A DNA stretch of 64,000 bases, from contig NC_058130.1 in NCBI RefSeq assembly GCF_016433145.1, positions 772,395,996-772,459,995 of the forward strand. The letters are read 5' to 3'. Below the pieces are notes generated by a model. That model was not told the DNA's origin, did no database searches, and saw only the letters and a program-made list of their open reading frames with translations. This stretch comes from Gracilinanus agilis (taxonomy: Eukaryota). Both the position numbers and the translations under genes were made by a program. Shown piece by piece: positions 1-11,500 of the stretch; position 1 is the first letter of the stretch; every line of letters starts with the position of its first letter.

Positions 1-60
1 CCTTCCCTTCCCTTCCCTTCCCTTCCCTTCCCTTCCCTTCCCTTCCCTTCCCTTCCCTTC
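1..60 (+). repeat. (CCCTT)n pentanucleotide microsatellite, truncated by window start
   Basis: About 12 perfect CCCTT units; pure pyrimidine mirror repeat. Confidence 0.98.
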
Positions 61-70
61 TCTTCTTTTC

Positions 71-220
71 TTTTTAAACCTTTACCTTCTATCTTAGAAT
101 CAATACTGTGTATCAGTTCCAAGGAAGAAGAGCAATAAAGGCAAAGCAATGGGGGTGTAAGTGACTCGTCCAGGGTTATACAGCTAGGAAGTGTCTTGGG
201 CCAAATTTGAACCCAAGACC
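71..220 (-). mobile_element. SINE1_Mdo-like CORE-SINE fragment
   Basis: Reverse-strand CORE motif (aagtgactc..cagggttatacagctaggaagtgtc) and T-rich tail. Confidence 0.8.
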
Positions 221-462
221 AATTGCTATTCCTTACCTTTTCAGTAATCTCAAAAAGAACCTAATGAAGTATAAAAGGATCCCCTGGAAATTCAGCTCTC
301 TGCTAAGTGGCTTTTAGGGGAAGATAGCATTTCCTTTGTGTAGTTGATACTCAAATATCACATATCAGATATGTCAGTTGCGGCGTTGGACAGGATGACC
401 TCCAAGGCCCTTCCAGCTCCATATCTTTGGTCAGTGCCATCAAAACTCCATTCGCTTCTTCT

Positions 463-668
463 TCTTTTTTTTTTTTTAACCCTTACCTTCCATCTTGGAG
501 TCAATACTATGTATTGGCTCCAAGGCAGAAGAGCGATAAGGGCTAGGCAATGGGGGTCAAGTGACTTGCCCGGGGTCACACAGCTGAAAAGTGTCTGAGG
601 TCACATTTGAACCCAGGACCTCCCATCTCTATGCCTGGCTCTCAATTCACTGAGTTACCCAGCTGCCC
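463..668 (-). mobile_element. SINE1_Mdo-like SINE, full length
   Basis: Poly-T tail, CORE motif, B-box tttgaacc, head ending cagctgcccc. Confidence 0.9.
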
Positions 669-971
669 CAAAACTCTTGTTTGCTTCTAATCTCCCCAGT
701 TTTACATCTTCTAAAAACAAAAATATCCTGGTGCCTAATAAATATTTTTGGCTGGCCGATGGCCTTGTTTTTAGCTCATTGTTTATCAATCCCAAACATG
801 GAAATAGCAAGAATATGATTGAGGAATTCTTGAGATTTCTCTTCCATTTTGTTCTCTATAAAACTGTGGGGAAAAAACAGAAACATTCGGAGTGCTAACA
901 ACTCATTGTGGCTGAGATTCATCCAGGATTGGCTTATGGTCTCAGCAAGACACTCATCAAGAATTTGCTTT

Positions 972-1165
972 CTTCTTTAACCCTCACCTTCTGTCTTAGA
1001 ATTAATACTGAGTATTGATTCCAGGGTAGAACACTGAGGACTAGGCAATGGGAGTGAAGTGACTTAATGAGGTCACACACCTAGGAATTGTCTAGGCCAA
1101 ATTTGAAGGCAGGAACTCCCATCATCAGGCCTGGTTCTCCATCCACTAAGCCACCTAGCTGCCCC
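972..1165 (-). mobile_element. SINE1_Mdo-like SINE
   Basis: Same architecture, more diverged. Confidence 0.8.
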
Positions 1166-1664
1166 TAATCAAGTATTTATTAAGAATTAATTAGTAAATA
1201 AAATAATTAAAATTAGTAAATCAAATAAAGTAAGATTTTAAAAGTAATATCCAAATACTCTGAGTATTATTTTTGATGAGATTTAATAATAATAATTTGA
1301 AGCAAAGAAAAAATAGACTCAGTAAAGAAGCTTCCCAGATCGCACACCCGGGAGAGAGCCCAGAGCTTTCAGAACAGAGAGCCCCCTGAGGGCGGAGTTT
1401 ACAGCACATTTATTTCCCAAAATGTCAGGATGCCAAGAGAGGACGGAACTTGAAGGGATGCTGCGTAATCTAGTTCAGATGTATCGAATTTCTGTTTACA
1501 CAGAACCCACTATGTATGGAACCATGGAAAAATACTCTAAATCAATCAATCAATGAATTTAAAATTAAAAAAAAAAAAAGAACCTACTGTGTGCCAGAAC
1601 CTGTAATTATAGGAATAATGGATGAAGCAATCCATACCCTGAAGGAGCTTCTTGTTTTTCAGTG

Positions 1665-1850
1665 GTTTCAGTTGTGTCCAATTGATGCTTCATGACCCCA
1701 TTTGGGGTTTTCTTGGCAGAGATCCTGAGTGGTTTGGCATTTCCTTCTCCAGCTCATTTTACAGATGAGGAAACTGAGGCAAACAGGATGAAGTGACTTG
1801 CCCAGGGTCATATCTAGTAAGCCTCTGAGGCCAGGCTGGAATTTACACAT
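1665..1850 (-). mobile_element. MAR1-like SINE (CORE + RTE/BovB-type tail)
   Basis: gaccccatttggggttttcttggca...tggcatttccttctccagctcattttacagatgaggaaactgaggc. Confidence 0.85.
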
Positions 1851-2259
1851 TTTTTTAAAACCTTGCCTCCTGTCTTGGAATCAATAGTGTGCATCCATTC
1901 CAAGGCAGAAGACTAGTCGGGGGTAGGCAGTGGGGCTTAAGTGACTTGCTTAGGGTCACACAGCTAGTAAACTTACATTTTACTTTTTACTTATATTTTA
2001 TTTTTTAAACTTCATATGTGTACATTCTAGAATAAAGACCCATTTGCTTTGGTCCTAATATCTATGAACTTCCACCCAAATAGTTTCCCCTTGTTTCCCA
2101 GGCAGCTTTCTAGGACCAGGGATGGTTCCCTCAGTTAGGATTGATTTTGTCTCCAAGTCTGTTACTCACATTTTCACAGAATCATCAGGATGCGGCCCCC
2201 AGGGGAGGCTGAACCCAAACCCTGGGGAATTTGCCCAGCAAGAGAAATTGTGTTCAGAT

Positions 2260-2515
2260 GGTTCCTTAACCATTTCTTGTCACGTGTTTACGAGATACTG
2301 TTTCTTTGTGACCCCGTTTGGAGTTTTCTTGGCAAAGAAATCAAGAGTGATTTGCCATTTCCTTTTTCAGCTCATTTTACAAATGAAGAACTGAGGCAAA
2401 CAGAGAAAAGTGAATTGTCCAAGGTCACACAGCTGGTAAAATGTCTGGAGCCCAGATTGGAACTCTTCCTGGTTCTAAGGGCAGTGCTCTAGCCATTGGA
2501 CCACTCAGCTTCCCT
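2260..2515 (-). mobile_element. MAR1-like SINE
   Basis: RTE-type tail plus CORE segment. Confidence 0.8.
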
Positions 2516-2934
2516 GCAGCTAGACACTGCCACCAGCAATCATAAAGAGGTCAAGGGGGAGGGAGAGTACATAGCCCAACAGCACTTTTCTCTATAGGTT
2601 TAACTTCTGTCGTGAAAAGGAGAGGATTCTGGGAAAAGGGACATGTTTGCATTCCTGGTTAGTAGAAACTTTAGGCTGCCTCCTCTTATGTTTTTCTCCC
2701 CTTCACAGCCTTTGAAGGGGAGAGAATGCAGAGCTACCTAACTGATTTCAAATCAAGGACTAAGTACCTTCTCAAGGTCTGACTCAGTAGATGTCCCCTT
2801 GTTCAGAGATTCCAAAGAGAAGGATGATCATGGCTGACATTAAGAGAGCGATGTGGGTAAAAGGAAAATGGGAATAATGCTTCTCAGGGCTCTCATAAGG
2901 ATCACACGTAACATTATCTAGAAAATGATTGGCA

Positions 2935-3185
2935 AACCTAGGTGGCCCAAGAGGCCAGAGTCCAAGGCCTGAAGTCAGGAAATTTCATCATTCTGAGTTC
3001 AAATCTGCCCACAGACAAGAGCTGGATGACCCTAAGCAAGTCACTAAACCCAGTTTACCTTAGTTTCCTTATTTGTAAAGTGGACTGGAGAAGGAAATGG
3101 CAAATTACTCCAGAATCTCTGCCAAGAAAACCCCAAATGAGGTCACAGAGTTGGACAAGGCTGAAAAATGACTGAATAATAACCA
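2935..3185 (+). mobile_element. MAR1-like SINE
   Basis: ggagaaggaaatggcaaattactccagaatctctgccaagaaaaccccaaatg tail. Confidence 0.85.
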
Positions 3186-3365
3186 AAAAAAAAATCCCTT
3201 AAAATGTTTTAAAAATATAAACAAAGCTAAGCCAGTCCCCACTGTACTACTTCCTGGCTGGCTGATCTTAGGCAAGTCACCTCATTTCTCTAGTCCTCAA
3301 TTTCTTTCTCTCTTGTAAGCAAATAGTTTACCCTGAATGGCCTCCAAGGTCCCTTCCAGCTCTGT

Positions 3366-3610
3366 GATCTGTAAGGATGGGATTTGTGCAAGGGAGATGG
3401 GACAAAAGGAGCCAGAGAAGAAAGATCCTCAGAAAGCCCTCACGACTGGATCCGAGCTGGGATGTCTTCCACCAGAACCCTTTTCCTCCTCCTCCTTTCC
3501 TCTGGAGCATTCCCAGAATCCTTCTGATCTCTCAACTGTCACCAACTGTCAGCCACTCCTCTGGCTCTTTTTGTCCCATCCCCCTTGCACAAATCCCATC
3601 TTTACAGATC
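3366..3610. repeat. Long inverted repeat, 52-bp arms (3366-3417 / 3559-3610)
   Basis: Arms are reverse complements at 49/52 positions; spacer about 141 nt. Confidence 0.95.
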
Positions 3611-3784
3611 CTCTCATTAATCTTAGAAAGCAGAACTCAGGCTCCAGTCAAACAGCCTATAAGAAGCTTTGGAATCGAAGCCTAACTAGTGAAGCATCTA
3701 AGAAGTACCTTCTGTCACACCATAGTTAGTAGAGATCAGGCATTGATGAAATGGAAATCAGGCTCTCCCATCAATACCTAAGCT

Positions 3785-4235
3785 AGGGGCGGCTACATGG
3801 CACAGTAGATAGAGAGCCAGGCCTGAAGTCAGGAGGATCTGGTTTCAAATGTAGTCCGAGGGGTTGTTGCGTGGTGGTGATGGGACCTAAGATATGGAGT
3901 AAAAGACATTCCACTCCCCCCAACCCTCCACACCCCCCCCCAAAAGAAAATAAATCACCTCAAAACAAACGTGGCCTAGCTATGTGATCCTGGGCAAGTC
4001 ACTTAATCTTTATTTCCTAGCCCTTGCTCTCGTTTGTCTTAGAATTAATACTAAGGGGGGCAGCTAGGTGGTTCAATGGATGGAGAGCCAAGCCTAGAGA
4101 TGGAAGGTCTTGGGTTCAAATTTGGCCTTAGACATTTCATAGCTCTGTGATCCTGGGCAAGACATTTAAACCCTATTGACTAGCCCTTACTACTCTTCTG
4201 CCTTGATTCTAAAATGGAAGGTAAGCATTTTAAAA
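3785..4235 (+). mobile_element. Two adjacent SINEs, the first interrupted by about 115 bp of unrelated sequence
   Basis: SINE heads at ~3785 and ~4055; CORE motifs. Confidence 0.75.
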
Positions 4236-4246
4236 AGAGAGAGAAA

Positions 4247-4333
4247 GGGAGGGGGGGGAGAGAGAGAGAGGAGAGAGAAAAAGAAAGAGAGAAGAGAGAG
4301 AGAGAGAGGGAGAGAGAGAGAGAAGAGAGAGAA
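4247..4333 (+). repeat. (GA)n purine-rich microsatellite
   Basis: Imperfect GA/GGA run directly visible. Confidence 0.95.
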
Positions 4334-4441
4334 AGTCCTACTAAGACAGATGGTAACGGGTTTTTTTAAAAAATACATAATCTAATTGAGGAGCTTATAT
4401 TTTAAACACTTAACATACTTCTGGGTCTTCACTTTTTCCAG

Positions 4442-4679
4442 ACTTGAACTGCTTCAAGAATATTTCAGAATGACTCGTCCCAGCTAAGGACCCCAACTCT
4501 TTGCCTGGTCTTGCCCCCCTTCCTTCCTTCCCACCCACCTGGCGATGACTTTGGCCAGAAAGGAAGATGTGATCGGGAGTAACGGGATTTGTTCATGAAG
4601 CCCAGACCGGCATCCAGGGAGCAGCTGCAGCCATGGCTTCCCCTTCCTGAGCCCCTCTTCTGCCTCCGTCCTGCCCTGC
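4442..4679 (+). other. ASPHD2: ASPHD2 5'UTR part of first coding exon
   Basis: Pyrimidine-rich acceptor cttcactttttccag ending at 4441; leader length similar to recalled human exon 2 leader. Confidence 0.65.
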
Positions 4680-5565
4680 ATGGTGTGGGTGCCCTTGGGA
4701 CATCCGAGGACCAATCGCCTGACCCTCCTGCGCACGTCTAACAACAGCTGCACGAAGATGTCGGTGGCGTGGCTGCTGGACTGGAGCTGGTCGCTGGACG
4801 GACTCCGGGACTGTATCGCCACGGGCATCCAGTCTGTGCGGGACTGCGACACCACGGCGTTAACGACGGTGGCCTGCCTGCTGGTCCTGTTCGTGTGGTA
4901 CTGTTACCACGTGGGCCGGGAGCAGCCCCGAGCCTACGTCACTGTGAATTCCCTCATGCAGAGCGCGGATGTCAACGGGCTGCAGAACGGCTACGTGTAC
5001 TGCCAGTCTCCCGAGTGTGTGCGCTGCACCCACAACGACGGACTGAACCAGAAACTCTACCATAACTTGCAGGAATACGCCAAACGCTACTCCTGGTCTG
5101 GCATGGGCAGGATCCACAAGGGCATCCGCGAGCAGGGACGCTACTTGAACAGCCGGCCGTCCATCCAGAAGCCCGAAGTCTTCTTCTTGCCCGACTTGCC
5201 CACCACTCCTTATTTCTCCCGAGACGCGCAGAAACACGACGTAGAACTGCTGGAACGGAACTTCCAGACCATTCTGTGTGAATTTGAGACCCTCTACAAA
5301 GCTTTCTCCAACTGTAGCCTTCCGCAAGGATGGAAAATGAACAGCACCCCCAGCGGGGAATGGTTCACTTTTTATTTGGTGAACCAGGGCGTGTGTATTC
5401 CCAGGAACTGCAGGAAATGCCCACGGACGTACCGTTTGCTTGGAAGTCTTCGCACCTGCATTGGTAACAATGTCTTTGGGAATGCGTGCATCTCGGTGCT
5501 GAGTCCTGGGACAGTTATCACAGAGCACTATGGACCTACCAATATCCGCGTCCGATGCCACTTGG
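4680..5565 (+). CDS. ASPHD2: ASPHD2 coding exon 1 (gene exon 2)
   Basis: [12 protein letters not shown]...RVRCHLG; donor TGG|GTACGT at 5566; phase 1. An in-frame second ATG lies at 4758. Confidence 0.96.
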
Positions 5566-8500
5566 GTACGTAAGTTGGCGGGAGAGGAGGGATGGAAGGC
5601 TACAGAAGGGTCCGTTTGTAAGTACGGTCAACTCGGGTTTATCAGAAATCCCAGTAAGGGGGCTAGCTAGGTGGCTCAGTGGATGGAGAGCCAGGCCCAA
5701 AGATGGGAGGTCCTGGATTCAAATCTGGCCCCAGACACTTCCCAACTGTGTGACCCTGGGCAAGTCACTTGATCCCCATTGCCTAGCTCTTACCACTCTT
5801 CTGCCTTAGAACCAATACCCAGTATTCATTCTAAGATGGAAGGTGAGGTTTTAAAAAAAAAAAAAAGTTAAGGTCCAGGGTTCAAATCTGGCCTCAGACA
5901 TTTCCTAGCTGTGTATCCCTGGGCAAGTCACTTGACCCCCATAGCCTAGCCCTTACCACTCTTCTGCCTTGGAGCCCCAATAAACAGTATTGATTCTAAG
6001 ATGGAAGGTAAGGGTTTTATTTAAAAAAAAAAAAAAGAAAAGAAAAGAAAAAAAGGAATCCCAGTAAGGGGGCTAGCTAGGTGGCTCAATAGATTGAGAA
6101 CCAGGCCTAGAGACAGGAGGTCCTGGGTTCAAATCTGGCCTCAGACACTTCCTAGCTGTGTGACCCTGGGCAAGTCACTTAACCCCCATTATGTAGCCCT
6201 TACCACTCTTTTGCCTTAGAACTAATATACAATATTGATTCTAAGATGGAAGGTGAGGGTTTAAAAAAAAAATGTTAAGGTTCAGGGTTCAAATCTGGCC
6301 TCAGACATTTCCTAGCTGTGTGACCCTACACAAGTCACTCAACCCTAATTGGCTAGCTTTTATCACTCTTCTGCCTTGGAACCAATACTTAGTATCAATA
6401 CTAAGACAGAAGGTAAGGGTTTGGGGGGTAGAAAACTCTCAGCTTTGTGGGGGCAGCTAGTTGGCATAGTGCATAGACAGGACCTAAAGGATCTGAGTTC
6501 AAATGTGACCCCAGACACTTAAAAGCCTAGATTTTGCCCTTCTGTTTTAGAATTGTTACTAAGACACGTTGGAAGCAAATTTCTCTCTCCATTATGTCAC
6601 TTAAAAAAAAAAAAAAGGTGCCATAACGGAGAGAGAAATTTGCTTCCAACAGACAGAAAATAAAGGTTAAAAAATAAAAAAGGGACCAGCCTAGCTAAGA
6701 TGGGAGACACTAATCCTAACCAAGTAGAGCCCCGGGGCATGAGTTCTCTGGGGCCACAGCAGTGCTTGGAGACTGAGGCGTGGAAATGCCACCACCTGCA
6801 TAGGAGGGGTGCATGCCCATGCTGCTGAGATCCCAGCTCCCCCAAGTACTGAAAGAAGTCCTGTGGCTTCACCAATCAATCAGCAAACATTTATTAAGCC
6901 CCTACGCCATGCCAGGCACCGTGCCAAGAGCTGAGGATACAAAAAGAGGCAGAAGGCAAGCCCTGTCCTCAAGGAGCTTACTGTCTAATGGAGAGACGGC
7001 AGGGCAAGCATCTCTCTCATTCTCTGGAAATTGCTCTTCTAAGTGTAGAAACCAAGAATCAGCCAAAATAGTCATTAACCAGAACAGCCCATTCCCCAGC
7101 CATCTGGGTAAGAAGGAGGTTACTGTCTATTGACAGTTGGCCTTATTAACATTCCTGGAAAGGGAAACGTTCTAAGGGGGCCTCGGCAAAGGGAGGCTTC
7201 TAGCAGAAGCTGCTGATTCCTAGTTGATTGGCTTTAGAAAGGAGAGAGGGAAGAGGAACGGTTCCGAGGAACTCTTGAGAACCAAATTCTCCAACTGAAG
7301 GGAAGGACTGCCTACATCAGGAGCCAGCGGGCTGGCTCGGGCGAAGGGCAGAGGAGGAAGCGGGGAGCCCTCCAGGGAAGATGCAGGCAGATCTGTGGCC
7401 TCAGAGCTCTTAGTGTCTAGATGAGGTGAGGGGACGGGACTAGCCTCATGAAAAGCAAAGTGTGTGCTGTTCCACATGAGCTAGTGCAACAGACAAGTCA
7501 TATTATGAGAGGTTAGAGGAAGATGGGGATTGGATTGGTCAGGGGAGGCATTATGGGGGAACAAAGGCAGGACTCCAGTTATAGCTTGAGAATTCAGGAG
7601 GGGGGCAGCTGGGTAGCTCAGTGGATTGAGAGTAAGGCCTAGAGACGGGAGGTCCTGGGTTCAGGTATGGCCTCAGACGCTTCCCAGCTGTGTGACCCTG
7701 GGCAAGTCACTTGACCCCCATTGCCCACCCTTACCATTCTTCCACCTATAAGCCAATACACAAAAGTTAAGGGTTTAAAAAAAAAAAAGAATTCAGGAGG
7801 ATTCCAGGTAAAAGAAAGTAAGGAAGTGGATCTTTCCAGGTAAGAGAGAAAGGTGGGAGGTACACTGAGGCTGAGGGCAGGTGGGGAGCTGGGGGAGGAG
7901 TAAGCATGAGATAAGATTAGCAAAGAAGTTTGAGGAGCCTTGAATGCCAGACTCAGGAATAGTTGATAGAGAAGCATTATTTTTTATGTCTGAATTGAAT
8001 TCAGTAAACATGGAGCATCTATATACAAGGCAATAGTGAAGATTCCAAGAAGATGGCTCACTCATCTTTCTTCCAAAGACTTCCTGTCTAACTGGGTGGG
8101 GGGAGGACAAAAATACAAGGGAGAGTGAATTCAGGGCAAAGGAGAGATAATAGGCTGAGGAAAGAAAGCTCACCAGCTAGGGGTTGTGGGGCAGGAAGTA
8201 TATAGCTAGAGGGAACTCTAGGGGGAAGATGGCACCTGAAAGAAGCCTTGAAGGAAAGGCCAGATTTCATTCCAGGGAGGAGGGAGCCAAAGCAGGTTGA
8301 GACAGGGAGGGAAAGAGTAGGTCAGTTTGGCTGAAACATAAACTATATAGAGGAAATAGTGAGACAAGGCCAGGCTGGTAAGTCACAACTATAGTCAGAG
8401 GGTTGTTGATTTTTCTTTTTTAATAAAACCTTTACCTTCTGTTTTAGTATCAACTGTAAGACAGAAGGGCAAAAGCTAGGCAGATGGGGTCAAGTGACTT

Positions 8501-11500
8501 GCCCAGGGTCACACAGCTAGGAAATGTCTGAGGCCAGATTTGAACCCAGGACCCCCTCTCCCTAGGCCTGGCACTCTCTTGTGCTAGCTCACTGCCCCCG
8601 GTAAAAGGGCTTTGAATGACAATTATGAAGAAGACAGCATGTGAAGGTCATCTGCTGGCACTGTGAAGATGGCTTGGAGTTGGGAGAAATTTGAGGCAGG
8701 GAGTCTTGATAGAAGGTAAAAGGTGTGTGTTCGTGTGTACGTGTGCGTGCGATGTATTTATATCCTCAGCTAAATTGCCTACACAGATGCCTGTGACATG
8801 GAAATTCCTCTACATTCTGGAAAGCAATTATTCCAGCAGCAGGACCCAGGGGCTGGCAGGTCCCTCCACTCGAAAGGTTCTAAGTAGCAGCTTTCAAATG
8901 AGACTAAATAAGCGAGGAGAGGCGTGTTGCCAGAAGGTTGTCCACAAGTGGGGATTTTTCTCAATTAAAGTAACTCATGAAAACGATTCGGATACAGAAG
9001 GATGGCGATCTGTACCCTTGGAGGGAAGTCTACACACAGTTCTAAAACGATAGATCCCTGAAGTACCCGTGTAAAACACAAACACTTGTAAATATATTGG
9101 GGCCCATCCAACAGGCATCTTTTTTTCAGAGCTAAAGAAGGTCTTTCTGCTAGAAAACTGGAGTTAGACATTAGGCACATTTCAAGACCCCATACGATGG
9201 GCCTCTGGATTTTTGCTGTGTAATGGGGGCCTGGTGCCACTTTCAAGATCAAAAGATTTTTCAAGCTGGAAAGGGCCTTATGAATCATTTAGTCTGACAT
9301 TCTCATTTTGTAGCTGAGGGAACAAGCGTCTGAGAAGATCAGTGACTCTTCCCAGAATCCCACAGGGTGGAGGCAATAGAGGTAAAAGTCAAACCAGACC
9401 TGCTGATTCCAAATTTGGTGATCTTTCCGCAAATCCAAGCTCCTGCATAGCCAGCTGAGCCTTCGCTTTCTTGAGGATCTCACTCTTCAGATGAATCTTC
9501 CGTTTCTTGCTTTTTTTTTTTAAGGCTCTCTCAGGAAGGGGATGGCTATCACGTGTGTCTCATGACAGGAGTGTCTAGGGACAGGCTCCAGCTCGGAAGT
9601 TCAGGGTGAGGCCACGCACCTCCTTACCTCTGCCACCATGTGGGATCAGAAAAGAGGAATGTAGTACAAATAGGGTGCAGGTCAGCCCTGCAAGACCTTG
9701 TTGGAGAATTTTCTGACAGTTGATAGGGTTTAGAATCTTGAGAAAAGTTCAGTTGATCTGGGAGACTCGTGGAGGCAGGACCCTGGCAGCAGGGGCCCCC
9801 TTTAAAGGGAGCTGCCCAGAGCCAGGTCTGACTCTGAGTGTGACCTCTTCCCACCCATCCCTGGCTAGATACCAAGGAGGCTGGCAGCTGAGATCTATGG
9901 CCCCTATGTTACCCAGCATTCCTAGTTTATTGGTTACTTTGCCACAGAGCTCTACGACGAGGCAGGGCCCTACCCAAGCAGCCTTGGAGCCCAAAGGGCC
10001 AGATGTTAATAGAGCGTGATACACCTCCCAGCAGCCAGCCAGCAGCCGGATTCAGAGGACGATATCTAGCCAAAATACGTGGTATTATTTATTATTTATA
10101 AGTAAAATTTTGACCATCTAGCCAAAATACGTGATTTTGTCCAATAATAAATGCAAGTTAAATACAGGTTTTGATGAATTAATTAAAATTTTAAAATACT
10201 CATTCAATTAATTTTAAAATTTTAATCAATTTAGACCTTTTAATGAATCCTAATTCATTTTTAATTCATTCCTTAAAGCTGCTTTTTCTCTTTCTTTGTA
10301 CGTTCTTATCAGATTTTTGGCAGCCCCAGGAGAATAGCCCCTCCACCTAAGTCCTGAGGGAGCCCAGCAGTCCCCCAGATTCATGCAGTAACAACAGCTA
10401 GTAGGCACACAGCTTTCTCTGTCCCTCACGTCTGACTGTGTCTTCATCCACGGTTGAGGGAGGAAGCCCTGTTCTTTCTCTCAAAAAAAAGAATTTCAGA
10501 CAAAAACAGCCCACTCCTAAGCCACAAAGGCCCCGAGAGAAAATCCATCTTTGGCAGCCTGGAGTTGCCCCCCAGCTTCCAAGATGCCTCCTGCTAGCCA
10601 GGACAGCCGTTAGCCAATCCCGTAGTGAGACGTGGGGCCGGGACCATTTCTGCCAGCTAAGCTCATCTCGTTGGCAACGGAAAGAAACGGTGAGCAGCTC
10701 GAAAACGGGTCTAGAAAAGAAACATCCAGCTGGAGCTCCAAAGCCAGGAACGTTTCTCGGCTCCAGTGTGCGAGTGGTGATGAGTCATGGAGAGGCCCGT
10801 GGGAAGGGAGGGCAGCTTTGCTTTCCACTCCAGTGGGGGGAGCAGGAAAATAACTGAGCGGAAGGCTTCCCTCTGCCCCAGCTGTGCCATCTTGGTGGAA
10901 CTCTGTCCAGGGTAACAAGCCTAGCAGACACCTAGAACTCACGATGGTCAGCCAGCCTCGAGGAATCGCCTTCTGTTTGTTCAGGACGTGGTGGGTTGGT
11001 TTTAGGTCAACGATGCATAGAATACAAAGCAAGCAAACATTTAAAAAATCGCCAAGCCCAGCCTTGTTATCTGATGATGAAGAAAGTAGAGGCTTGAATG
11101 TATCTAAGTGGATAGAGCCTGGCCTCTACACGGGAGGTCCTGGGTTTAAATAGGACTGCAGATGCTTCCTAGCTGTGTGACCCTGAGCAAGTCACTTGAC
11201 CCCAATGGCCTCACCTTTACTGCTCTTCTGCCTTGGAACCAACACGGTATTGGTTCTAAGATGGAAGGCAACGCTTAAAAAAAAAAAAAAGTTTTAATGA
11301 CCACTTGAGTGGGGATTGTTTTTTCATATGCATGGGTTGGTCTCTGAAACGCCATTCCAACTCTGCAAGTCTGTGATTTTCCAATTGGGCTGTGACGTTC
11401 CAGAGAGCAGAGGTTGGGGTTTTCTAAGACAGAAGGTATGTGTTTATTTTTTTTTAATGTTTTTTAAAAAGTGGAGGCCCTGGGGCAGCTGGGTAGCTCA

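Noticed and set aside
344-598. Recurrent short ORFs with WLQGRRAIRARQWG / SDLPRVTQL-like text throughout the window
   Set aside because: Translations of SINE consensus sequence, not genes.
1-4441. ASPHD2 first exon and promoter
   Set aside because: No CpG island or convincing first exon in this stretch; probably upstream of the window.
4769-5065. 98-aa alternative-frame ORF inside ASPHD2
   Set aside because: Begins at a non-ATG codon (GTG); stop-poor GC-rich frame with no recognisable domain.
4860-5561. 233-aa antisense ORF over the ASPHD2 coding exon
   Set aside because: Shadow ORF expected from GC3-rich codon usage on the opposite strand; no independent splice or promoter evidence.
7602-7680. 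tRNA-like A/B boxes in SINE heads
   Set aside because: tRNA-derived SINE promoters; no cloverleaf or CCA-end context for a tRNA gene.
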